DNA from: an uncultured Gemmatimonadales bacterium
Lineage (GTDB): Bacteria; Gemmatimonadota; Gemmatimonadetes; Longimicrobiales; RSA9
Assembly (NCBI GenBank): GCA_963708135.1
Contig: OY970192.1
Coordinates: 800,001 to 864,000 of the forward strand
Reading direction: 5' to 3'
Length of the DNA: 64,000 nucleotides
Part shown: positions 30,030 to 40,670 of the stretch, piece by piece
Layout: every line of letters begins with the position of its first letter
Numbering within the stretch: position 1 is the stretch's first letter
Position numbers and translations under genes: made by a program
Notes under the pieces: generated by a model
What the model saw: the letters and a program-made list of their open reading frames with translations, nothing else
What the model was told of the DNA's origin: nothing
The model's database searches: none

Positions 30030-33000
30030 GCGTCCGCCGGGCCGTGATGGCCATTGCCCGAGGGAGCGGTTGCGACTACGTACGATTCCAGCCGCTCGTC
30101 GCCCTGAGATGGCTTTTCCAGTCTTTCTTTAGCAGCTAAAGAAGGGATCCGACTGACAGGAGCGGAGTTAGTACCGCTCGAAGCACCCCGGCCCCGGCCC
30201 GACCTCCCGCCGGCCGGGGGCCGACCGGACCCCGACCGCTCCACTCGGAGCCCCGACCGCTTCGCGTCATAGCCACCCTCGTGCAACGCCTCCACCTCGA
30301 TCAGCCCCGGCAGAAACGCCTCACCTCCCATCCCCTGGCCCCGGTAGAGCAGCTCATAGGTGTAGCGCGGCCCCACCCGGTGCATGAGCACGTACTCGAG
30401 ATCCACCAGTCGGCCCAGATGGATCTTTGTCTGCGTCGCACCCGTCGCGAGCGCCTCGCGCACCGACCGGGCTGTGAAGCGGAAGGTCTCCGGCTCGACC
30501 GTCTCACGACTGCACTCCTCGATGGCCCACTCGTTGAGCGCCTCCAGGAAACGGCGCGTCTGCGGCGGCAGCTCATCCAGCGATCTCCCCAGCACCGCGG
30601 CCGCCAGCCGGTTCGCGACCTCGATATCCTCTCGAGTGACTTCGATGTAGTCGATCCGCTCACCACCCCGCTCCGCCTGCTTCACCTCGCGCTGGTACTG
30701 GTGCAGCAACGCGATCGCATCCATCAGCGTCAGGTACTTCTCGTGATCGCGCCGCGTGCGGGTGCACGTGTCCAGAAACGTGAGCTGCGGCGCGTACGGG
30801 TTCACCACCGCCAGCGGTCGGAGCAGTCGCTGCGCGTTCTGATGCAGTCGCACCAGGGCATTCCCCTCCCGCCGTGCCAGCAGGCCCTCCAGTGTGCGCC
30901 GCGCCCGTTGCCGCTCGTGCACGCGCCGCGTCTGCGCGCGCGCCTCATCCACACTCAGCACCAGCGCCCGATTGAGCAGTTCCTCGTCCAGGTCCGTGGC
31001 CGTCGTGGTCAGCATGATCGCCACCGGCCCCTCCACCCGGTACTCCTCCGTCACCAGCCGGCCCGTGTGCGGATCCTTGCCCGTACTCGCGATGCTCAGC
31101 GTCCCCTCGCTCTGCAGCAGCTTGAGCGCGTAGCTCGCCCGCTCCGCACCTTCTTCTTCCACCACCGCCAGCACCTTGTGGCGCAGGTCCCGCCCGCCCA
31201 TGTAGAAGAGGCTCTGCCCCGTCATGGCGGAGTACTCGATGCGCTCCTCTTCAGGCACGAAGCCCAGCACCGCATCGAGCAGGCTCGTCTTGCCCGCCGC
31301 ACTGCTGCTCTGCACGATCACCGCGAGCGGCCGCTCCAGCTTCCGGCTCACGCTCGCCAGATAGCCCACCAGCTTGTTCGTCTCCTCGCCTACCACCCCC
31401 ACCGCCTCGAAAGCACCGAGTACCTGCTCCAGCAGGTCGGGGGCGCGCAGCAGATCGAGCGCCGCGGCCTCCTCCCCCTCCGAGAGCTCGGGCGGCTTCT
31501 GTTCCCGGGGCGTGAGCGCATCGCGGAGTCGCTCCTCCTGCAGCGTCTCCAGCGCCAGCAGCACCTGGCCCAGCTCCGTCTTGAGCGCCGGCTCCGGGGC
31601 GCCGAGCTCGCTGGCGGCTTGCTTGAGGTAGGCCGTGCGCTGCTTGGCCGCGTACAGGTCCAGCGTGTCCACGTGCAGCGCCGCGCCCTGACGTACCAGC
31701 AGGTTGATCCGCAGCGCGTCCGCACTCGTGTTCTTCTCCAGCCCCCGCACCCGGTAACTCCGCTCGCCCGCGCGCAGCACGACCTCATGCTCACCCACCT
31801 CCACCGGCAGCGGCGGGGTGGGCGCGGCGGGAAGCGGAGAGGCAGACGGCACAGAGGGAGAGGAGGCGGCTAAAGGAGAGGAGGTCGAGGCCTTCGCAGT
31901 GGAGTGCGACGTGCCGGACACCCCCACTGATAGCTCATCCGCACCTGGCTCGTCCGGAGGACGTGCGGACTTCGCCGCGGGCGTTGCACGGCCACCGCCC
32001 AACCACACCGCGTGCCGGATCCGCTCCCCCAGGCTCTCCGCTGCCGGTGTCGAGGCCAGGGCATAGGCGTTGGCGTCCATCCCCTGCGGAAACTGGATGC
32101 GATAACACCCGATTCCGTCCGCCGCGAGTTGCTCGGCCAGTGCGGCCGCCGCGCTCTCGCCCGCCGCGTCCCGGTCGTAGGCGATCAGCACGCGCTCGGT
32201 GCCGTATCTGCGAAACGCCTCGTGATGCGCCGCCGTGAAGCCGCTCACCCCGTAGCTCGCCGTCACGTTCCGGTAGCCCGCGCACCAGAAGCTCAGCGCA
32301 TCGAGCAGCGCCTCGCACAGGATGACCTCCTTCGACTCCGCCAGCGCCGCTTCGTTCCACACCCCCGCGTGCGCCCCCGGCAGGTAGAGGTGCAGCGGCG
32401 TGCCTGCCCGCAGTCCCTCCGTGATCTTGCGACCGTACATCTCCCGCACCGCTTCATCGGCATCGATCACCGGCACCACCAGCGAGCCGGTGAAATGCTC
32501 GTGTCCGCTCGGTCGCAGGATCCCCAGCCGCTGCAGCCGACTCCGGATCTCCGCTCCCGCCTTGAGCGCCTTCTTCGGCAGGTGGTAGCCCAGCGTCCGG
32601 TTGGCGAAGCCCAGTTGGAAGCGGTCAATATCCGCCACCTGGGCGAGGCCCCGCTTCTCCAGGTAGGCGATGGCTTCCGGACTCTCCTTCAGCGTCTCGT
32701 GGTAGTAGCCCACCACCTGCTGCAGCAGCGCCTGGTCATCGACGTCCGGCTCCAGCAGCGGCGGCAGTGCTCTGGCCTTTGCACTCGCGGCGGGCGCACC
32801 CCGCAGGATCTCCACCGCGTGCCGGAAGCTCACCCCCTCGCGCCGCATCACCCAGTCGATCACGCTCCCGCCCGCCTGGCACGCGCCCAGGCAGTGCCAC
32901 AGCCCTTTCGCCGGGCTCACCACCAGACTCGGCTCGTGGTCCTCGTGGAACGGACACAGCCCCAGCAGGTCCGCGCCGTGCCGCCGCAGCTTCACTCCGC

Positions 33001-33073
33001 TCCCCTCCACCAGCCCCACCAGGTCCGCCTCGCGCTTGAGCCGCTCCAACTCCTCCCTCTGGATCCGGGCCAT
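30026..33073 (-). CDS. CHC2/TOPRIM primase-ATPase (copy 2)
   Basis: Same protein as copy 1. Confidence 0.9.
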   Translation of the reverse strand: MARIQREELERLKREADLVGLVEGSGVKLRRHGADLLGLCPFHEDHEPSLVVSPAKGLWHCLGACQAGGSVIDWVMRREGVSFRHAVEILRGAPAASAKARALPPLLEPDVDDQALLQQVVGYYHETLKESPEAIAYLEKRGLAQVADIDRFQLGFANRTLGYHLPKKALKAGAEIRSRLQRLGILRPSGHEHFTGSLVVPVIDADEAVREMYGRKITEGLRAGTPLHLYLPGAHAGVWNEAALAESKEVILCEALLDALSFWCAGYRNVTASYGVSGFTAAHHEAFRRYGTERVLIAYDRDAAGESAAAALAEQLAADGIGCYRIQFPQGMDANAYALASTPAAESLGERIRHAVWLGGGRATPAAKSARPPDEPGADELSVGVSGTSHSTAKASTSSPLAASSPSVPSASPLPAAPTPPLPVEVGEHEVVLRAGERSYRVRGLEKNTSADALRINLLVRQGAALHVDTLDLYAAKQRTAYLKQAASELGAPEPALKTELGQVLLALETLQEERLRDALTPREQKPPELSEGEEAAALDLLRAPDLLEQVLGAFEAVGVVGEETNKLVGYLASVSRKLERPLAVIVQSSSAAGKTSLLDAVLGFVPEEERIEYSAMTGQSLFYMGGRDLRHKVLAVVEEEGAERASYALKLLQSEGTLSIASTGKDPHTGRLVTEEYRVEGPVAIMLTTTATDLDEELLNRALVLSVDEARAQTRRVHERQRARRTLEGLLARREGNALVRLHQNAQRLLRPLAVVNPYAPQLTFLDTCTRTRRDHEKYLTLMDAIALLHQYQREVKQAERGGERIDYIEVTREDIEVANRLAAAVLGRSLDELPPQTRRFLEALNEWAIEECSRETVEPETFRFTARSVREALATGATQTKIHLGRLVDLEYVLMHRVGPRYTYELLYRGQGMGGEAFLPGLIEVEALHEGGYDAKRSGLRVERSGSGRPPAGGRSGRGRGASSGTNSAPVSRIPSLAAKERLEKPSQGDERLESYVVATAPSGNGHHGPADA

Positions 33074-33176
33074 GGCTCCTGCCTCCTCCGGAAATCCCGT
33101 CAATGGACCCTTGCGTCTCTTGTGGTATGGACTAATATGTCATCATCGCACCGGACGCAAGAGAGGAGGCCTTATC

Positions 33177-33563
33177 ATGATCGACCACGTGAAGCTCTAT
33201 CCCGAGGTCGATATGGAGCAGTTCCCGGAGACCCTCAAGCTGCTGAGGGAAAGCAGGGGTCTGACGCAGGCCCGGCTTGCCGAGTTGATCGAGGCCAGTC
33301 CGCGCGTCTACAATCGGTGGGAAACGGGCGCGGCGGCCCCGCGGCTAGACACTCTCGTGAAGATCGCTGACATCCTCAACGTCAGCCTGGACGAGCTCGT
33401 CGGGCGCACCGAGCCCAGTTCCGAGGTCGAGATCCAGAATCCCAGGCTCCACGCCCTCTACCGCCACATCGATCGGCTCTCCGACGAGGACCAGCAGGCC
33501 GTCATCATCCTTCTCGACTCTCTCGTCAAGCGGTCCCAGATGGACCAGATCCTCGCTTCCTGA
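33177..33563 (+). CDS. XRE-family regulator (copy 2)
   Basis: Same protein as copy 1. Confidence 0.9.
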   Translation: MIDHVKLYPEVDMEQFPETLKLLRESRGLTQARLAELIEASPRVYNRWETGAAAPRLDTLVKIADILNVSLDELVGRTEPSSEVEIQNPRLHALYRHIDRLSDEDQQAVIILLDSLVKRSQMDQILAS

Positions 33564-33806
33564 CCAGCCACCGCCGCCCACGGGAACGAGCAGCTAAAGG
33601 AAGAAGCCCGGCCATCGCTGGTCGGGCTCTCCGGCTTCATGCCTGTGTCTCGGCACCGTTGCGGGCTCCGCTCCGGCGTGCCGGCCTCGCATTATGCGCC
33701 CTCGCCCTCGGCGCGCCTCCGCTCCGGGCGCTTCGCGCCTCTACATAACCGGGTTATGCAAACCCGCTGCGGCAGATCTCGTTGACAAAACGCCATATTC
33801 ATTTGC

Positions 33807-34256
33807 TCATTCAGAGTTCAGCGGAGACTGACTGGCAACTTGCGTCGATTCCGAGAATTCCCATGCCTTAAAAGTAATCTCGATCCACGAGTAGCCCTCG
33901 CGGCGAAATGACGCTTTGTAGCTGGGCCCGGTCAGCCGTGAACGAACCAAGGCTCCAGCATCTTCGACTCGAAGGCAAGCGATTTCGCCGAAGCCCCAAC
34001 CAAGTGATGCCTCCTTCTGCATCACTGAGTCAGAGAGTTCGTTGATAACGTGCAGTTCACTCACGCCGCAGAAGCGGATTGACACAATACGCCGGTCAGC
34101 GTATTGGGTCCGAATCGTTCCATCCTCCTGCCACACGAAGTCAATGTCGATGCTGAGGGACGCGCCCCAGTTCAGCCACTGGACGCCGACAACAACACAC
34201 TCCTCGAAATCGCGGTACGCGTGAAGCTCTGCTCTCAATACAGGCAATCCGCTCAT
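33807..34256 (-). CDS. Putative immunity protein (copy 2)
   Basis: Same protein as 23625-24074. Confidence 0.75.
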   Translation of the reverse strand: MSGLPVLRAELHAYRDFEECVVVGVQWLNWGASLSIDIDFVWQEDGTIRTQYADRRIVSIRFCGVSELHVINELSDSVMQKEASLGWGFGEIACLRVEDAGALVRSRLTGPSYKASFRREGYSWIEITFKAWEFSESTQVASQSPLNSE

Positions 34257-36207
34257 CGATTCCAGATGTTAAGATGCGTGGTCGCGTTGGGACCAGGGTT
34301 ACCCAGCGCGTCGAGATAGTTGCGAGCTGCATTCATGATGCGCAGTTGCCAACCATTTTCCCGCCGCATTAAGCGAACTTCTTCGCCCGTTCCATTCGTG
34401 AAAAGGTAGCCACTCTTATTCTCCGTCAGTCCCATCACAAACCCGTTCTCTTTCAGAATTGCGCGAATTCCAATGATCGACTCATCCGCAAGTCCGCCTC
34501 CCTCCGAGAACAGCGCGCGTAGCCCGGCGCTCGCTCCCCGTAGCCCCCGCCCGACGGCACCACCACCCACCGTGAATGCCGCCATTGCGAAGCCGCGTCC
34601 GGCGTGACCACTCCCGATATCGAAGCCAGCATCAAACGCTGCGGTGATCGGATTGACATCGTTGATCGCATTCAACCCAGCTGCGGCATTGAGCACCACG
34701 CCGCCCAGGCCACCGCCACGCTGCGCTCCCCAATTTGCCGCTTTCTGCAAGCAATCTTCAATCGGCGGGCACAATCCGAACGGGTCGGTATAAGACGCGG
34801 GGTTGTTGCCCGCATACGCATAGAGGTTAAGCCCGCCGGCAAATCCGATGGGGTCTTCCTGCGTGAACCTCCCCAATCTGGCGTCGTAGTAGCGGTTGCG
34901 GAAGAAGGCTCCGGTCTCCTGGTTCGAGTCGCCGTTGCGGGCGGGGGCGAAGCTGTAGCTTTCGCGGATGGCACCCGACTGCGAGCCCCAGGTACTCCAC
35001 GCCGGGAGCTCGTTTCCGTTCGTGTCCGTGATGCAGTTCTCGCCCTGCGGGCCCTGGAAGCTGAACAGTCGTTCGCGATGCGTGATGAAATATGCGCGCT
35101 TGTCGTTCAGGCTGCCGAGGGGACACGCAGCGTTGCCGTACATCATCAGCGGGTCGTCGAGCCCCGGCCCGTCCACGAACTCGACCGTCGAGTGCTCGAT
35201 CACGTTCTGACCATCGTAGAAGGTCTCCGCGCCGGAGTGGGCATAAGCGCCGCGGATCCGCCGGCCCAGGCCGTCGTAGCGGAAGAAGGCGGTATCGGGG
35301 TGAGTGCCGGAGAGCTGGCCGGCGGCGCTGTAGTAGCGGTGCCAGGTGTAGGCGGTCCCGGCGTAGGTGCCCTGCTCGAGCGTCTCGTTGCCGTTCGCGT
35401 CGTAGCTGAAGTCGACGCTCTCCGGACCGGAGACGCCGCTGTAGTAGCGGGTCCGGCGGGTCACCTCGTTCGAGAGGCCGTCGAGCTGGAAGAGCACGCT
35501 GTCGGCGCACAGGCTGCCGCGCACGCACAGGTACTCTTTCACGCGGTTGCCGGCCGCGTCGTAGACCATGCTGTCGGTCGAGGACGTCCCTCCAGGGTGG
35601 CTCTGACTCGTATAGCGGATGCGCCCGCTCCCGTCGTAGGCCCAGCGGTCCACCCAGGTCGCGTTATTGGTCTCGTTGCCGCGGTTGACGACCGAATCAG
35701 GCCGCCCAGCGGCGTCGTAGGCGAAGCTCAGGTCCACGGCGGTGTCACCGCTCGTGGCGTTGACGGAGATGACGCGCGCGATCTGCCCGTCTTTCGTGTA
35801 ACCGTAGCTCGTTTTCGTGGTGTTGGGCAGCCAGACCGTGTCGCGCCGCCCGAGCGCGTCGTAGTGGAACGAGATCATCTCGCCAGCGGGCGTCTGGATC
35901 TGGGAGACGAGCCCGCCCGGCCCGAGGGTGTAGGTGTACGTCCCCTTCGGCGTGCTCAGCGTATGGCGGCCCGCCCACTGATAGGCCGAGCTGTAGGTGC
36001 GCTGCGTGCCGGACCACTTGTGGAGCTGCGTGCTTGAGGCGAGGGTGCCTTCCTTGTTGAAGACCCGCGTGACCTGCGAGCTGTCCTCATCGAGCATGGT
36101 GACGTTACCGGCCGCGTCATACTGGAGGTTGATCGTCGTGCCGACCACGCCGAGGACGCCATTCTGGTAGGTGGATGAGAGGACGCGCTGCTTCGGGCGA
36201 TTCACTC
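34253..36207 (-). pseudogene. 5'-truncated Rhs (near-identical to main Rhs core) fused to the integrative-element CT
   Basis: 34865-36207 matches ~41228-42570. Confidence 0.9.
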
Positions 36208-36697
36208 AGGACGAGGTACGTCTCCTCCTCGAGCTGCTGGCGATGTACGACCGGCAGATCGCGGCCGTGGAGGAAGCGATGGTCTTCGCCCTCCGTCGGG
36301 CCCCGGAGGCGAAGGCGCTGATGTCGATCCCCAAGCTCGGCGCGGTCACCGCGGCTGTCTTCCTGGGTTCGATCGGCGATCCGAGGGCGTACGAGTCGAG
36401 CCGGCAGGCGCTCCGCGTGGGTGGCCTCTCATTGGTCGTGCAGGAGAGCGGGCTGCTCCGCGGCAAGCCGCGCCTCAGCAAGCGGGGCCGGCCCGAGATG
36501 CGACGGCAGGCGTACATGTTCGCGGCCGCAGCGTGATGAAGGGTGGGCTCTACCGGGAGGCGTTCGACCGCGCCCTGGCCGAGAACCCGCAGAAGCCGAA
36601 GAAGAAGATCCTGGTGGCCCTGGCGCGGCGCGCCACGAAGCTCATGTTCAGCGTCGCGCGGGACCGGAGGCTGTACACGCCGGATGGCCCGAAGTAG
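36208..36697 (+). pseudogene. IS110 recombinase 3' fragment (unit 3), frameshifted
   Basis: DEVRLLLELL..IPKLGAVTAA..QESG..SKRGRP; frame break near 36530; then KPKKKILVALARRATKLMF. Confidence 0.9.
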
Positions 36698-37218
36698 GAT
36701 TCCGGCAGGTGAAAGAGCGGAAGGGCTGCGGCATCCTGCCGAGCCCTCCCGCGAGCACCAGACGCAGGCTGGAGAGTGGAGCCGGCAATCCATCGAAGGA
36801 GTTGCAGAAGCGCTCGGCGCCGCAGCTCGCTTCCGAATGCTGGAACGCTCCCTCCGGCCCAGAGCCCGCTCAAGTCTCCGAGGAAGGCGTGTCGAGGACC
36901 CTCCGGGGTGCCTCCAAGGAACTGAGGGTATCGAGCTACGCGAGCCCGAGCGGTCTGGGTGCGATTTGACAACTCCGTATACTACCTGCCGAGACCCCGA
37001 CCGGGCGGTCGCGGCACCAGTGGCGCGTGCCCGGCGTGGACCCGCCATGTCCCTTGAGGCGGCGTTGCCGGCCTCCGATGGTGGACTCGGTCACGTCGGG
37101 CAGCGCGCTCTTTCACGTCAAACACCCACCGACAGCGCTGCCCGGCATGGGTCCGACAATCCGGTTGAGGCGCGTCCTGCGGCCTCCGATACCGGACTCG
37201 ATCATGCCGGGCAGCTTC
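36698..37218 (+). ncRNA. Putative multi-loop bridge RNA region, unit 3 (4 loops)
   Basis: Same architecture; guides GACAATCCGG / GATACCGGAC in the last hairpin. Confidence 0.75.
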
Positions 37219-37220
37219 GG

Positions 37221-37622
37221 CTACCGCCTGACCGGTTCACCGTCGATGCTTACGCCGCGGGCGATGACGACGAGCGACGCAGCATCATCGAAGTATAGGC
37301 GGTAGCGCGTGATTGGAGGGCGCGGCACTGTCTCGTGCCAACCCACTGAAGTGTTCCAACGAGCCTCCAGCTCTTGAATGTCGGCGGCAGCTGTCTCAGC
37401 CACGATGTAGTCCGGTCCGATGACGTCTTCTTCTACGCAGACGGCGCCCGCCGTGTATTCGACCCGAAGCACGTCGGAGAAGGTGACTTCGGTCCATTTC
37501 GTCTCTCCTTCTTCAGTAGTGTCGTACCGAACCGTTGCGAAGCCTTCGGACATGTTCACGACCGGACCAGCCAGCGTGTGACTGGTGCGGCGTGGCAGAT
37601 CAATCAAGGTCGTCATGTTCAC
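37221..37622 (-). CDS. Putative immunity protein (unit 3 cargo)
   Basis: Overlaps CT stop (GTGA). Confidence 0.75.
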   Translation of the reverse strand: MNMTTLIDLPRRTSHTLAGPVVNMSEGFATVRYDTTEEGETKWTEVTFSDVLRVEYTAGAVCVEEDVIGPDYIVAETAAADIQELEARWNTSVGWHETVPRPPITRYRLYFDDAASLVVIARGVSIDGEPVRR

Positions 37623-38125
37623 CTGATTACAGGGGTGAACGTCGGAGATGCAGAGCCCGCCATCTCAGCGAGGCGTTCCGTTAGCTGCCTCTCAAACATT
37701 GCATTGCCCGTAACATTGTTGATTACGGTCGGCCTCATGCCCGCGATCCTCAACGCCATCAGCGAGCGGTTGTTCATCGTGTACGACACGCCATCTCGAA
37801 CAACGACGTTTAGGGGCAGCTGACTTGGTGTGATCGCACCGCTTCTCAGGCCGGCCGCCACATCAGAGATCGACTGACCTGCAAACTCGCCGTGACGGAA
37901 GCTCGACGAAATACCCCTCTGGGCGAACTGTACCGCTCCCTCGTCAGCGGCTGCGGTGGCGACGCTGCGTCCGATCAGTGCTCGGATCCCGCCTGCGATG
38001 CCGCCTGCGAGAAACGCTACCGGATCTAGCAGACCAGGGCCACGGAGACCTGGTTCGTGTCCTGGACACCCCGTATGCCACTCAGTCTCCGGAGGGCACA
38101 ATCCGAAGGGATCGGTATAGGAGGG
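37619..38125 (-). pseudogene. Orphan Rhs CT, ParB/Srx-like toxin domain (unit 3 cargo)
   Basis: PSYTDPFGLCPPETEWH..; VQFAQRGISSSF..G..LPL.VV..G..YTMNNRSLMAL. Confidence 0.75.
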
Positions 38126-38440
38126 ACGCCTCTAACCCAATGCGCCCCGATTCGGCCTCCGATCAGCCTACCTCCGACGCCACCTCCCGCCGTCTCAATC
38201 AGCCCTCCTGACACCCTCCCGAACAGCGAAACCCTTCACCATACCACCCGCAGCTCCACCGCCTCAGGCGGGGTCGACTGCCTTCCATTCACCCGGATTC
38301 CGCGCCCGATCCTGGCGGTGATACGGTTCCGGGTTCCGCCTCCGTCCCGGCGGCCCCGGCTCAGAGCGCCATAGAGCACGATTCCGCCATCGGTGCGGCC
38401 CACGGTACCGCTCTGGTCCACTTCAACCAGGAGCGAGACC

Positions 38441-39652
38441 ATGAGCCGTTTCGAGAAGCGCCGCCGGGCCCAGCGCGCCGCCGCCGTCGCCGGAGTGGAC
38501 GCGGGCAAGCGGAAGCACGCGATCGCGGTCCGGCCGCGCGGCGGCGAGGATAGCACGCCGCTCGAGTTCCAGACGACGCGAGCCGGCTTCGAGACCGCGG
38601 TCCGCGCGATCCTCGAGAACGCTCCGGGCACACGACCCGAGGACGTGCTGGTCGGCATTGAGTTCGCCGGCAACTACGGCTTCACCTTCGCCCACTTCCT
38701 GCGCGACCGCGGCTTCCAGGTCGTGAACGTGCTCGGCGCCCACAGCAAGCGCTGGAAGGAGGTGGTCCACAACCAGGGGCTGAAGAGCGACCCCAAGGAC
38801 GCGCTCACGATCACCGACATGGTGGCGCAGGGCGCCTTCGTCGGCTTCCCGTTCCTCGAGCAGGTCTACGCCGACCTGCGCTACCTGGTCAGCATGCGCG
38901 AGCGGCTGACGAAGCTCCGGAGCGCGACGATCGCGCGGCTGAAGGACGTGCTCCAGGTCGTCTGGCCGGAGTTCGAGCGGCGCTTCAAGAACTTCAGCAA
39001 GAAGACGCCGATCGCGATCCTGGAGGCGTTCCCCGGGCCGGATGCGTTCCTGCGCGCACCGAAGCGGCGCGTGCTGAAGGTGATCCGGGAGGCGAGCCGG
39101 GGTCATCTGGGCGAGGCCGCCTACGAGCACCTGCGGTGCGCGGCCGAGGACACCGTGGCGCTCCCCGGCGCGCAGGGCGTGCTTGCGCAGGAGGTCGGCC
39201 TCCAGCTCGATCTGCTCGCGTCCTACGAGCGCCAGATCGCCGAGGTCGAGCGCCTCATGGCCGAGCGGCTGGTGGACGCGCCGGAGGCGCCCTCGCTCCT
39301 CTCGGTGCCGAAGCTCGGCGCCGTGACGGCCGCCGTGTTCCTCGGCTCGATCGGCGACCCGCGGGCCTACGACTCGAGCCGGCAGGCGCTCAAGGTCGGC
39401 GGCCTCGGGCTCGTCGTGAGCGAGAGCGGCGCCCAGCGCGGCCGGCCCGAGCTCCGGCGCCAGATGTACATGTTCGCGGTGCGGAGCGTGAGCCGGGGCG
39501 GCCTGTTCCGGGCGGAATACGAGCGGGCGCTCGAGCGCAATCCGAACACGCCGAAGAAGAAGGTGCTGGTCGCGCTCGCGCGGAAGGCGACGCGGCTCAT
39601 GTTCGCGCTCGCGAAGGAGCGGCGGCTGTACACGATGGAACCGCCGCGGTAG
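38441..39652 (+). CDS. IS110-family recombinase (unit 4) with 8-aa in-frame deletion
   Basis: Close paralog of 15163-16398; SESGAQRGRPELR lacks RLPKRGRP. Confidence 0.9.
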   Translation: MSRFEKRRRAQRAAAVAGVDAGKRKHAIAVRPRGGEDSTPLEFQTTRAGFETAVRAILENAPGTRPEDVLVGIEFAGNYGFTFAHFLRDRGFQVVNVLGAHSKRWKEVVHNQGLKSDPKDALTITDMVAQGAFVGFPFLEQVYADLRYLVSMRERLTKLRSATIARLKDVLQVVWPEFERRFKNFSKKTPIAILEAFPGPDAFLRAPKRRVLKVIREASRGHLGEAAYEHLRCAAEDTVALPGAQGVLAQEVGLQLDLLASYERQIAEVERLMAERLVDAPEAPSLLSVPKLGAVTAAVFLGSIGDPRAYDSSRQALKVGGLGLVVSESGAQRGRPELRRQMYMFAVRSVSRGGLFRAEYERALERNPNTPKKKVLVALARKATRLMFALAKERRLYTMEPPR

Positions 39653-40292
39653 GTTGGGGGAATCAACACCATGGGAGGGCCGGCTGGCGCGGTGCGCGCC
39701 GGCCCTCCTACAGTGCACCAGACGCAGGCCGGGGGATGGAGCAGAAGAATCCATCGAAGGGGCCGTCTCGCACGAACGTGAGGCCTGCTTCCCAAGGTCG
39801 GACCCGCTCCCCCTGACCCAGAGTTCGCCACAGTCTCCGAGGAAGGCGTGTCGAGGGCCACGCGCGGCAGACGCCGCCACGGTGCCTCCGAGGACTTGAG
39901 GGTATCGAGCTACGCGATCTCGAGTGGTCTGGGTGCGATTTGACAACTCAGCGCTTGCCTTCGCCGTCGCGGCGTCGAGCCGGCCGCGACGGAACGGGTG
40001 GCGTGTGCCCGGCGCGGATCCGACATCCAGCCTGAGGCGGCCCAGCCGGTCTCCCATGATGGACCTGATCGCGTCGGGTACGCTCTTCCTCATGGGCATC
40101 GGCGCCGGCATGGATCCGAGAACCCGGACGAGGCGCGTTCTGCGGCCTCCCATGTGGGACTCGGTCGTGCCGGGCCGCACCTCCCCGCCGGGCTGGCCAA
40201 CGGGGAGGTGAGCGGAACGGGGCCGGTGTGGATCCGATAATCCGGTCGAGGGGTCACGGACCGCCTCCAACATCGGACTCGATCGCACCGGC
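39653..40292 (+). ncRNA. Putative multi-loop bridge RNA region, unit 4 (5 loops)
   Basis: Loops 1-3 carry the same guides as unit 2; loops 4-5 differ; GATAATCCGG at 40236-40245. Confidence 0.75.
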
Positions 40293-40670
40293 CTATTTCT
40301 TTCGCCGCATCGATTCCTCTGTTTGGCTACAGACCGCGGTCATCGCTGGCCCCATGTACGACCGGGCAGTTTTCATCCAGTCCGAATTGTCGGTTAGCCT
40401 CTCGCAAACGCTGAATGCGGCAATCTCCTGCACCTTCGGATCCGGATGGGCGGCCAGTATTTCGAGGGAGTCGAAGACTCTCCGAATCTCGGCCCCGTCA
40501 TTCCGCTCGATCGCGGCGATAAGATGCGGGGTGAGCAGATCACCATAGATGATGTGAGGGCCGGGACGTTCAGTGCCCCACCATTCCAGTTCTTTTTCGT
40601 ACTTTTCCCTCAACTCTGGTATGCTGGTGATCAAGTGATCCACAACAGTCTCGTATTTGATCTCTGTCAT
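40293..40670 (-). CDS. Cognate immunity protein of the full-length Rhs
   Basis: Start overlaps Rhs stop (TGATG). Confidence 0.8.
   Translation of the reverse strand: MTEIKYETVVDHLITSIPELREKYEKELEWWGTERPGPHIIYGDLLTPHLIAAIERNDGAEIRRVFDSLEILAAHPDPKVQEIAAFSVCERLTDNSDWMKTARSYMGPAMTAVCSQTEESMRRKK

Larger units (their letters stand above)
28194..34864. mobile_element. Tyrosine-recombinase/primase integrative element, copy 2
   Basis: Near-identical to 18012-24682 (offset 10182); flanking repeats at 28177-28193 and 34848-34864. Confidence 0.8.
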
